From Longimicrobiales bacterium (lineage in GTDB: Bacteria; Gemmatimonadota; Gemmatimonadetes; Longimicrobiales; Gaopeijiaceae), in assembly GCA_965238005.1 (NCBI GenBank), contig OZ250165.1:2592001-2656000 (forward strand): DNA of 64,000 nucleotides. Direction: 5' to 3'. Under the pieces are notes generated by a model. The model saw only the letters and a list, made by a program, of their open reading frames with translations, was not told where the DNA came from and did no database searches. Positions 20,252 through 28,902 of the stretch are shown here, one piece after another; positions within the stretch are counted from its first letter, which is position 1, and each line of letters starts with the position of its first letter. The translations under genes were made by a program, and so were the position numbers.

Positions 20252-21430
20252 TCAGCGGCCTCCGACCCGGACCGTGAAGGTGAGTCGGCGGAACTTCTCG
20301 TCCAGGTCACCAGCGCTACGGCTTCCTATCTCCACGGCGGCATCCACGGTGGCCAGGGGGACTCCGAGGGCCTGGGCCATGACGATGGAGAACCCGCCCG
20401 AGATGGTGCTCTCCGCCGCGCGCTCTCCCCTGAACAGGAACGGCAACTCGGTGTGTCGATAGCCCAGGCGGAGCGGCAGCTCGCCGGCCCAGAAGTTCCC
20501 GGCCCGCCACTGGAGGCCTGCCCCAAGGGTGGTGACCCTTCCGACGGCGAGCGCATCGATCTCGGGACTGCCCAGGTCCGCCCAATTCGCGGTGGAAAGA
20601 CCTGCCGTCAGCGAAAGCGTGGGGCTCAAGATGGTGGTGGCCGCCACCCGGATCTCCAGGGGAGCCGCAACCTCGATCGTCCCACCCTCGGTTATCCCGG
20701 CCGGCTCTCCGCTGATGGTCCCCGACCAGCCGAGAGACGCACCCAGCTGCACCACATCCATGGGATCCCAGGATGCGTTCACAGAAGCGACGGGACCCGA
20801 GTACGTCCACCTTCCCTCGTCGTTGTAGGGGGCGATCCGGGTTACCACCTCGAGGCTGTCCAGCTCCTCGTCGAACGACCGGTTAAAGGTCCGGTCGACA
20901 TGGCCGCGGTAGAAGCCGGCGGAGGCACCGACGGCAAAAGTCGTCGAAAGGCGCCGGGCGAAGCCGACTCGAAGCGCGGACACGCCGCCATCGGAGCGGA
21001 ACGTGTCCGTGATGGGAAACGACTCTCCCGACACGTCGACGGTGCCCTGGGTCACGGCGGTCCAGCGCTGCTCGAAGACGCTTCCGGCCGTCACCGTCAA
21101 GACGCTGTGAATACCCAGGGGGTACGCGAACCCCAGAATCGGGAAGCGAGTCCCCCCGAAGTCGCCCTCTTCGGATCCCAGGGTGTAGTCGCCCCATGTG
21201 GGTTGGACCGTAAACGTCACCGTGGGAGCAAGCAGATCGAGGGAAGCCGTGGGCTCGCCGGGAAGGACCGACGTCGTCCCGGCTGCCGGGCCTACCCCAC
21301 CCAGGGCGCGCTGCACCGCGTCCAGAGGCTCGGCTCGAATGCCGAGCCCTCCGGTCGCCAGGATGGATTGGCCCGCACCCACACCGGGCAGGCCCGCCAT
21401 CAAGCAGAACAGGATCCAGGCACGCCTCAT
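20252..21430 (-). CDS. Putative outer-membrane beta-barrel protein (FadL-like)
   Basis: Signal peptide, ALGGVG N-terminal hatch-like motif, amphipathic beta strands. Confidence 0.6.
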   Translation of the reverse strand: MRRAWILFCLMAGLPGVGAGQSILATGGLGIRAEPLDAVQRALGGVGPAAGTTSVLPGEPTASLDLLAPTVTFTVQPTWGDYTLGSEEGDFGGTRFPILGFAYPLGIHSVLTVTAGSVFEQRWTAVTQGTVDVSGESFPITDTFRSDGGVSALRVGFARRLSTTFAVGASAGFYRGHVDRTFNRSFDEELDSLEVVTRIAPYNDEGRWTYSGPVASVNASWDPMDVVQLGASLGWSGTISGEPAGITEGGTIEVAAPLEIRVAATTILSPTLSLTAGLSTANWADLGSPEIDALAVGRVTTLGAGLQWRAGNFWAGELPLRLGYRHTELPFLFRGERAAESTISGGFSIVMAQALGVPLATVDAAVEIGSRSAGDLDEKFRRLTFTVRVGGR

Positions 21431-22770
21431 GGGAGCCTCACCCTTCCAGCCACGGTCAGGAGCAGTCGTAGTACGGGGGCCCTGGGGCTGCCCGGCCCAT
21501 GGAAGGATGCGAACCCGAGTGCAGGCGGCTCGATGATGCTGAGGAAGACGACGGTGTTCGATGTGTTGGCCAGCGTGGCGGAGTCGCCGAGCATGAGGTC
21601 GGCTATGAGCCCCGTCGCAGGAAAGGCGATCTGGGTATTCGCCGCGTGGGTGAACAGCTCGGGTTGGACTTCCTTGCCCAAGGCCCCGGACAGCTGTGTA
21701 CCGAGAGGAGACTTGGGAAGGAGCTCCGGGCTGACCACCGGGCGGAGATCGACGTGCAGGCTGTCGAAGAGCTCGTATGCCGGATCGATCTCCCGGGTGG
21801 TCAACACCAGCTCAGCCAGATTCACCTGTGCGTTGGCCTCGCGGAGGTCGAAGGGGCACCCTACGATGGCGCACACCTCAGGAGGGCCGTCGAGCACGCG
21901 CGGAAGGTTGAGGCTTATGACGGACCGCCAGGACGGAGCCCCTCCGACCCTCAGACCCTCGGTGGGTGGCCCCGGAAGCGGGTCGTAGATGAAGCTGCTC
22001 TCACCGCCAACGGCGGTCTCCTCCACCAGGCTGTCCGGAGGCATGCTGGGCTGCACGATCAGCCTGAGGAGGGCAGACTCCACGACGATGCGCCGGCCCG
22101 GATCCTCTAGAGCTATGAGCACGCCTCGTGAGGCATCGGAGGTATCCGCCCACTCGGCGATCTGCGCCGAGTCCACCGCGATGCTCACAGAGTCGTTGAA
22201 GGCGATCGTGGCGCCTTCGGCCCGGTCGCGCTGACGGTCGAAGGTGCCGGACCCGATGGGTACCGTGAACCCCCCACCGGGCTGCAGCCACTCCGTACGC
22301 TCCGCCACCGTATCGACCGCCACCTCCCAGTTCACGGTGCGCACGTCCCAGCGCTGCTGGAGGGCGGATGCGCTGATATCGGCCGGTCCGAGCGCCACGC
22401 CCTGTACGGTGTCGAAGAACAGGACGAGCCGTCCGCCGATCAGGGAGAACTCCTTGTCGTACGTAGCGACGTCGGTAGCCGCGTCGAAGAGGCGCACGGA
22501 ATCGGGGTAGCTGCCGAAACGAATCAGGACCCTGGAATTCAGCCCCTGGAAGTCCCTTGCGAGAATACCGCGGCCCATGGTCGCCGGGGTTCCGTAGCCT
22601 CCGAGCACCTGTACGCCGTCGCTGAACTCCTCGAACGGCAGCAGCACCTCTACGGTCCGAGGGTTCAGGTCCTCGACCAAGTCCTCGAGGGAGGCAGTCG
22701 GGTTCTTTTCCGTACATCCCGCGAGGACCGCAGCAAGAAGGGCCCCGTATGTCGCCAAGTTTCGCTTCAA
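21427..22770 (-). CDS. Putative lipoprotein of unknown function
   Basis: TTG start overlapping the cdd stop; lipobox LAGC; beta-rich. Confidence 0.65.
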   Translation of the reverse strand: MKRNLATYGALLAAVLAGCTEKNPTASLEDLVEDLNPRTVEVLLPFEEFSDGVQVLGGYGTPATMGRGILARDFQGLNSRVLIRFGSYPDSVRLFDAATDVATYDKEFSLIGGRLVLFFDTVQGVALGPADISASALQQRWDVRTVNWEVAVDTVAERTEWLQPGGGFTVPIGSGTFDRQRDRAEGATIAFNDSVSIAVDSAQIAEWADTSDASRGVLIALEDPGRRIVVESALLRLIVQPSMPPDSLVEETAVGGESSFIYDPLPGPPTEGLRVGGAPSWRSVISLNLPRVLDGPPEVCAIVGCPFDLREANAQVNLAELVLTTREIDPAYELFDSLHVDLRPVVSPELLPKSPLGTQLSGALGKEVQPELFTHAANTQIAFPATGLIADLMLGDSATLANTSNTVVFLSIIEPPALGFASFHGPGSPRAPVLRLLLTVAGRVRLP

Positions 22771-23171
22771 ATCGACTTCTTCGGATTCTGATCCGCTTCC
22801 AGGTGGAACCGCTCCGGGAGAAGAGCATCCAGGCTCCATTCCCGGCACACACCACTCGACTCCGACACCACCGGAAGACTCGGGGAAAACTCGCCGAGTA
22901 CCTGCCGGCAGGCACCGCACGGAGCGCGTGGATCGCCCTGCTCGACGCTCAAGGCCAGCCGCCGAAACTCCTGATGGCCCGCTGCCACGGCAGCCGCCAC
23001 CGCCGATAACTCCGCACAGATGGTCAGTCCGAGCGAAGCGTTCTCGACGTTGCACCCGACGAAGACGGTACCGTCCGCCGCCTCCAGCGCCGCGCCGACC
23101 CGAAATCCCGAATACGGCGCGTAGGCACTTTCCCGGACCCGGGCAGCGGCCTCCAGCAGCCTATCGGTCAC
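22767..23171 (-). CDS. cdd: Cytidine deaminase
   Basis: AYAPYSGFRVGAAL, GCNVENAS, CAE and PCGACRQ; GTG start at 23171. Confidence 0.95.
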   Translation of the reverse strand: MTDRLLEAAARVRESAYAPYSGFRVGAALEAADGTVFVGCNVENASLGLTICAELSAVAAAVAAGHQEFRRLALSVEQGDPRAPCGACRQVLGEFSPSLPVVSESSGVCREWSLDALLPERFHLEADQNPKKSI

Positions 23172-24327
23172 CGCCGGCCCCTGTCCAAATCCTGGGAAGC
23201 CGACTCGTGAGTCCCGTGAGGATCTCATAGCTGATGGTGCCCGCCTGTGCCGCTACTTCGTCCACCGTGATCCGTCCCTCTCCATCCGTTCCGATCAACG
23301 TAGCCGTATCACCCACCACTACGCCGTCGACGCCCGAGATGTCTACCACCGTCATGTCCATCGAGATCCGCCCGACGATCGGCAAGCGCCGCCCGCGAAG
23401 GAGCGCGCTTCCTCGATTCCCGAGGATTCGCGGGAGACCGTCGCCGTACCCGATCCCCAGAGTCGCCCATCGCTCACTCCCACGGGCCCGGTACGTGGCC
23501 CCGTAACCCAGCGTAGTACCCTCGGGCACCTCCCGGATGAGGGTCACCGGTGCCCGGAGCTGCACCACCTCGTCGGGAGGTGCCACACCCGCTCCCACGG
23601 CTCCGCCATAGAGGAAGATCCCCGGCCGTACCGCATCCGCCGCCAGAGACGGGTATCGTAGGGCTGCCGCCCCGTTGCAGGCGTGAATCAGTCCAACCCC
23701 ACCGCCGGCTGGCCTACCGCGAGCCAACCCGTCCAGAGCCTCACGAAAGCGCCGCCACTGCTCCGAGGTGGAGTCGTCACCCGCCACGTCGGCCGAGTGG
23801 AAGTGCGTGTAGCAGCCCTCCCAGACCAGCGGATCGCTCAGGCGCTCCGCCAATGCCGGACCCCACTCCCCGATCCGCTGCCAATCGAACCCGGAGCGCC
23901 CCATCCCCGTGTCGATCTCCACGTGGAAGCGGGCCTCTCGCCCCAACCGCTCCGCGGACGCGGCGAGTCGATCGACCGCGTCCACCTCCGAGAGGGTCGG
24001 CGTGAGCGCCTCGACCACCGCGAGATCATAGGCCTCTGGTGGGAGAGGGCTGACGATCACGACCGGCTTCACCACTCCCCCGGCCCGGAGGCGTGCGCCC
24101 TCTTCCGCGGTCGCTACGCCGTAGCCCCAGGGACCTTCGGGCTCCAAGGCCTGCACCACGGCCTCCATTCCGAGACCGTACGCATCGGCCTTCACCATCG
24201 GGATGATGGCCGAGGCGGCTCCGACGGATTCCCGGATCCGGCGGAAGTTCCTGCGAAGAGCCCCGCCTCGGACCTCGACCCACGACCTGCCAGGCGCATC
24301 TACGGCGGCCTGCTCGTCCGTTGACAT
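23161..24327 (-). CDS. alr: Alanine racemase
   Basis: VKADAYGLG PLP lysine, DTGMGRSG, GYGDG, GRISMD and TISYE. Confidence 0.96.
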   Translation of the reverse strand: MSTDEQAAVDAPGRSWVEVRGGALRRNFRRIRESVGAASAIIPMVKADAYGLGMEAVVQALEPEGPWGYGVATAEEGARLRAGGVVKPVVIVSPLPPEAYDLAVVEALTPTLSEVDAVDRLAASAERLGREARFHVEIDTGMGRSGFDWQRIGEWGPALAERLSDPLVWEGCYTHFHSADVAGDDSTSEQWRRFREALDGLARGRPAGGGVGLIHACNGAAALRYPSLAADAVRPGIFLYGGAVGAGVAPPDEVVQLRAPVTLIREVPEGTTLGYGATYRARGSERWATLGIGYGDGLPRILGNRGSALLRGRRLPIVGRISMDMTVVDISGVDGVVVGDTATLIGTDGEGRITVDEVAAQAGTISYEILTGLTSRLPRIWTGAGGDR

Positions 24328-24399
24328 AGACGTTGAAAAAAGCGAAAAGATAAGCCTTGATCAAGGTCGGTTCCCCCCGAACACGAGCGACCATCCGAT

Positions 24400-25188
24400 A
24401 TGAGCGGCGACGCCGAGACACTACCCCCGCGCGACTTCGGGCCAGGAACGCTGGATCGCGCCCTGGAGCTGATCCGGTTCCTTCGAGAGCACTGCCCGTG
24501 GGATCGCGACCAGACCCCGGAAAGCCTGGTTCCGCACCTCCTGGAAGAGAGCCATGAGGTGGTGGACGCCATCCGGGGTGGGCGGGACGAGGATCTCGAG
24601 GGTGAGCTCGGAGATCTGCTGCTCAACCTGGCGTTCCAGATCGTTCTCGGAGAAGAGCGCGAGGCGTTCACATCGGGCTCCGTCTCGAGGCGGCTCGAGG
24701 AGAAGATGAAGCGGCGCCACCCTCACCTCTTCGGCCTGGGGGAGAGAGTCGACTGGGAAGTGCTCAAGGCTCGAGAGCGCGAGGACGGCGCATCGCTCCT
24801 GACCGGCCTCCCGGAGGCCCTGGACCCCCTGCACCGGGCCCACCGGATCCAGGACCGCGTCAGCGGCATAGGCTTCGACTGGCCTGACGCCTCGGGGGCA
24901 TGGGAGAAGGTCAGCGAGGAGCTCGCGGAGGTAAAGGACACCCTGACGGGAGAGGATCCGGTCCACCTCGAGGAGGAGCTAGGAGATCTGCTCTTCGCCA
25001 TGGTGAACCTGGTGCGCCTCACCGGAGGTCACTCGGCCACGTCACTGGAGCGCGCGAACCGGAAGTTCACACGCCGATTCGAACGCTTGGAGGGGGTGGC
25101 CGCGGAGCGGAACGTGGTCCTGGGGGAGGCGACCCTCGAAGAGCTGGATGCCATCTGGGACGAGATCAAGGCCGAGACGGAGGGGTGA
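24400..25188 (+). CDS. mazG: Nucleoside triphosphate pyrophosphohydrolase MazG
   Basis: CPWDRDQT, EELGDLL-type motif twice, RRHPH, GFDWPD and ANRKFTRRF. Confidence 0.95.
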   Translation: MSGDAETLPPRDFGPGTLDRALELIRFLREHCPWDRDQTPESLVPHLLEESHEVVDAIRGGRDEDLEGELGDLLLNLAFQIVLGEEREAFTSGSVSRRLEEKMKRRHPHLFGLGERVDWEVLKAREREDGASLLTGLPEALDPLHRAHRIQDRVSGIGFDWPDASGAWEKVSEELAEVKDTLTGEDPVHLEEELGDLLFAMVNLVRLTGGHSATSLERANRKFTRRFERLEGVAAERNVVLGEATLEELDAIWDEIKAETEG

Positions 25189-25240
25189 TCCGAGGCTTTT
25201 ACGTGTGGCTGCGGGTGTGCCAGCCCATTACTTTTCCGTC

Positions 25241-26114
25241 ATGCGTATCCGACTCCCGACGCTTGGCGCGCTTGCTCTCCTCACTCACGCGACGTCGGCT
25301 GGTCTCGTTCTCGCCACGGCACCGGCCTCGTTGACGGCCCAGTGGGTCGAGCCGCCAGGAACGGGGTGGGCCTCTTTCGCGCTCTACCACCAAGACACCC
25401 GCGAGGCATACAACTTCGAGGGTATCGCGGGCACGTTCCCGGGAGACGGGCACGCGGTTGCGACCTCGTCTTTTCTGACCCTCGCTCTCGGACTGATCGA
25501 GGGCATCGACGGGTGGGCTCAGTTCTCCTTCCAGCGGCTTCGTTTCGACGACCTCTTGGGCATGAGGACATCCACCGGCGTGGGTGACGTTCGCCTCTAT
25601 GCGCGCGCGAGCCCGCTGCGGATCTTCGGTGTGACCACGCCCGTGGCAATCCGCGCGGGTGTGAAGCTACCAGTGGGCGAACTTCGACGTGGGCTCAGAC
25701 ATGATCCCTCTCGGAGATGGTCAGCGCGACTGGGAGCTCATTCTCGAGCTTGGGCACTCCTTCTATCCGAATCCGACGTATGTGATGGGCTGGATCGGAT
25801 ATCGCTGGAGAGACGAGGCGACGGAGGACGACCGTGCCTTCGGAGACGAGCGGTTCTTCTATACGGCCGTCGGCGGGGAAGTGGGCCCGATCGGATACAA
25901 GGTGGGCTTCGAGGGATGGTACGGGAAAACGCCTGTCTTCGGTGGCTTCGAAACGCCGGGCGCCAAGCGGGAGATGCTCCGGCTGAGTCCTTCTCTGCTG
26001 ATCCCGGCCGGTCCCGGGCAAATCGAGATCGGGGCCCGTGTACCGCTCGATGGGAAGAACTTGCCTGCTGGAAGCGACGTCGTGGTGGGGTACTTCACCC
26101 GACTCGGCTTCTAG
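25241..26114 (+). pseudogene. Secreted/outer-membrane protein gene with an apparent +1 frameshift at ~25680
   Basis: Signal peptide at 25241; removing one A at 25680-25681 joins ..VKLPVG-DFDVGSDMIPLGDGQRD.. into one ORF ending in F. Confidence 0.65.
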
Positions 26115-26129
26115 TGTCGGGTTCACTAG
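26111..26129. repeat. Minimal CTAGTG...CACTAG MITE-like scar
   Basis: CTAGTGTCGGGTTCACTAG; termini match the other three copies. Confidence 0.45.
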
Positions 26130-26150
26130 TCTGGAGGCAAGGCCGGCTCG

Positions 26151-27218
26151 TCAACTGATGTACGTCAGCAGCTCCGGGTCATAGAGGTCCGATACGTAGC
26201 TCTGGTATCCGTTGAAGAGCTGCGTTCGTATTCGCGCGGAGGGCCCCAGGGGAGTCTCGAACTCCTGCGACCAACGCGGGTGTGCGACATCGGGATTCAC
26301 GTTGGAGTAGAAGCCGTACTCGTGAGGTACCAGGACATTCCAGAATGTCGGCGGCGGCTCCCTGGTGAACTCGATCCGGACGATGGACTTGGCGCTCTTG
26401 AAGCCGTATTTTCAGGGAAGGGCCAGGCGCCAGGGTGCTCCGTGCTGCTTGGGTAAGGGCTCACCGAACACGCCCGTCACGACGAACGCGAGCTCGTTCC
26501 TGGCTTCGTCCAACCGGAGCGCTTCGAAGTACGGCCAGGGATAAAACGGCTGAATGCGCTGGCCCACCGCCTCGTCGGGGCGGTCGAACGACACGAAGCG
26601 AACATACTCGGCGGAGGAGAGCGGCTTGAGCTTGTCGATGAGCTTGGCCAGCGGGTAGCCTGTCCAGGGTACGACCATCGACCAGCGCTCGACGCATCGG
26701 AGCCTGTACACACGTTCTTCGAGCCCGAACTCTCTCTCGAAGTCAGAGATGTCGTAGACCCCGACTCCCTCGGCCTCACCGACGACCTCTACGCTCCAAG
26801 GCCACACTTTGAACGGTCCGACGTAGGGCCAGACCGAGTTCGTGCTGCCCACCGAGCCGATAAACTCGTAGAAGTTGTTGTAGACCGCCGCCTGTACGCG
26901 ATCGGTCTGGCCGGGTCCCGGAACGTCGAAGGTCGAGTTCCGGACCGCCGGGTAGAGATTTGCGGTAGGCGACGGGCAAATCGATTGAAGTGGGTGGAGC
27001 ATGGTGGAGTCGTCGCACCCCGCCTGCGCGTCCGGGACCTCAGGGATCTCGTCCACCAGCTCCGAAGGCGTGAACTCGGATCCGCACGCCCCCAGACCCA
27101 GGGCCGCCATCCCCAGTCCAGAGCTCTTGAGGAACGCTCGGCGGTTGAGATACACCGATTCCGGTGTCGCCTCGCGGTCGGGGATTCGCCATTCCGGCGG
27201 AATGATGACGTTGGCCAT
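26151..27218 (-). pseudogene. msrP: Protein-methionine-sulfoxide reductase catalytic subunit MsrP, in-frame TGA at 26412-26414
   Basis: Tat motif NRRAFLK, YNNFYEF, RLRCVERWS, QHGAP; the frame continues past the TGA as [10 protein letters not shown]...[13 protein letters not shown]...FNGY to TGA at 26151. Confidence 0.88.
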
Positions 27219-27284
27219 GGATCCTCTCAAACCAACCCGTCGAAGGCCTGCCGGAGTGTCCGGCCTAGCCCGCGACATCCAAAG

Positions 27285-27415
27285 CTAGTGTCCCGTTACT
27301 CCTTGCGACCACGCTTCGCGTGGTGCCCACCTGGGTTACACGCGTCGTCCCGCCTTGATCCCACAGCGCCCCGGCCCTCTTGAGGCGCTCGCGAACTTTG
27401 GCAACGGAACAGGGA
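27285..27415. mobile_element. MITE-like element with CTAGTGT(C/T)CCGTT termini (right end degenerate)
   Basis: Left CTAGTGTCCCGTTAC; right ACTTTGGCAACGGAACA; shares termini with the copies at 28854 and 62776. Confidence 0.6.
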
Positions 27416-27506
27416 GCTCGCCGAGTTGCTCTTCGAGACGTGTACGTATCTTTATATCGTGAATATACGTACGAGGCCGTGGTGCCGTGCTAATATCCCC
27501 CACGCG

Positions 27507-28805
27507 TCACGGCAACAACCGATTCATGAGCCGCGGGAACGGAATGAGCTCACGGATGTGATGGCGTCCTGTGATCCACGCGACGGTGCGCTCCAGACCC
27601 AGCCCGAATCCCGAGTGGACGAACGTGCCGTAGCGGCGGAGATCCAGGTACCAGGAATAGGCCTCCTCGGGCAGCTTCTCTTCACGAATCCGTCCCAAGA
27701 GCCGGTCCAGATCATCCTCGCGCTGGCTCCCCCCGATGAGCTCCCCGTATCCCCGTACCAGCAGGTCGTTACAGAGCACTGTCCTGGGGTCGTCCGGATT
27801 CTCCTTCATGTAGAAGGCCTTGACCGTTTTGGGATAGTCGTGAACGAAGACGGGCTGATCGAATTGCTCGGTCAGGAGCATCTCCTCGGGCGCACCCAGG
27901 TCGCTCCCCCATTCGATCTCGCTGTCCTTCTCCTGCAGAAGCGCCACTGCATCGGTGTAGGAGATGCGGGCGAAGGGAGACGAAACCGCCTCCAGCTCGC
28001 TCGTATCCCGCTCCAGGACCTCGAGCTCCGTCCCGCACCGCTCCAGTGCCCGCTCCACGATGTAGCAGACGAAGTCCTCCTGGAGGGTCATGTTGTCGTT
28101 CGAGTCCGCGAAGGCCACTTCCGGCTCGATCATCCAGAACTCCGTCAGGTGTCTGCGGGTCTTGGACTTCTCGGCCCGGAACGTAGGGCCGAAGCAGTAG
28201 ACCTTCCGGAAGGCGGGACAGGCGGCCTCCACATAGAGCTGGCCGGTCTGCGCCAGATAGGCAGACTCCCCGAAGTAGTCGATCTCGAACAGGGTGCCGG
28301 CAGACTCCCCGATTGACCCGGTGAGGATCGGCGTGTCGATCCGGACGAAGTCCCGCTCGTAGAAGAAGTCGTGGATGGCCTGCTCCACCTCGTGTCGGAC
28401 CCGGAGGCCGGCCCGCTGGAGGCTCGACCTAAGCCACAGGTGACGATAGTCCAGAAGAAACTCGACCCCGTGCTCCTTGGGCTGAATCGGGTATTCTTCC
28501 GACGGCCCGAGAAGCTCGAGGCCGGTCACGCCGATCTCGAAGCCGCCCGGGGCCCGTGCCTCCTCCCGGACCTCGCCTGTGAGCGCCACCGAGGACTCCT
28601 GGGTGATCGACTCGTGGAGCGCCCATGCCTCCTTGGGCAGCTCGTTCTTGAGCAGCACCCCCTGCACCAGCCCCGTCCCGTCCCGCAACACGAGGAAGCC
28701 CACCTTACCGTGGCTTCGGGTGGTGTCCGCCCATCCCAGTACCGTGACCTTCTGCCCGACGTGCTCGCGTAGCGAGCGGACCTCCGTAATCGCCTCGTGA
28801 CTCAT
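27507..28805 (-). CDS. asnS: Asparagine--tRNA ligase
   Basis: OB-fold N-terminus, FGPTFRAEKSKTRRHLTEFWM, GELIGGSQRE and GFGLGLER; ATG at 28805. Confidence 0.96.
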   Translation of the reverse strand: MSHEAITEVRSLREHVGQKVTVLGWADTTRSHGKVGFLVLRDGTGLVQGVLLKNELPKEAWALHESITQESSVALTGEVREEARAPGGFEIGVTGLELLGPSEEYPIQPKEHGVEFLLDYRHLWLRSSLQRAGLRVRHEVEQAIHDFFYERDFVRIDTPILTGSIGESAGTLFEIDYFGESAYLAQTGQLYVEAACPAFRKVYCFGPTFRAEKSKTRRHLTEFWMIEPEVAFADSNDNMTLQEDFVCYIVERALERCGTELEVLERDTSELEAVSSPFARISYTDAVALLQEKDSEIEWGSDLGAPEEMLLTEQFDQPVFVHDYPKTVKAFYMKENPDDPRTVLCNDLLVRGYGELIGGSQREDDLDRLLGRIREEKLPEEAYSWYLDLRRYGTFVHSGFGLGLERTVAWITGRHHIRELIPFPRLMNRLLP

Positions 28806-28853
28806 CTTTTTCGAATATCCAAGGGTGAGCGAGCGCCGGTGTGGAGAACGGGA

Positions 28854-28897
28854 CTGAGTGTTCCGTTGCCGAAGTGTCTGCGGAAACGGAACACTAG
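28854..28897. mobile_element. Short MITE-like palindromic element
   Basis: AGTGTTCCGTT...AACGGAACACT perfect 11-bp IR, ending in CTAG. Confidence 0.65.
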
Positions 28898-28902
28898 CGG
28901 GC

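Noticed and set aside
9623..26414. Genome-wide stop-codon reassignment as an explanation for the internal TAA and TGA
   Set aside because: TAA, TAG and TGA all end conserved genes at their expected positions in this window.
26412..26414. Selenocysteine at the msrP TGA
   Set aside because: The position corresponds to a conserved Trp, the Mo-ligand Cys is a normal codon, and I see no convincing SECIS.
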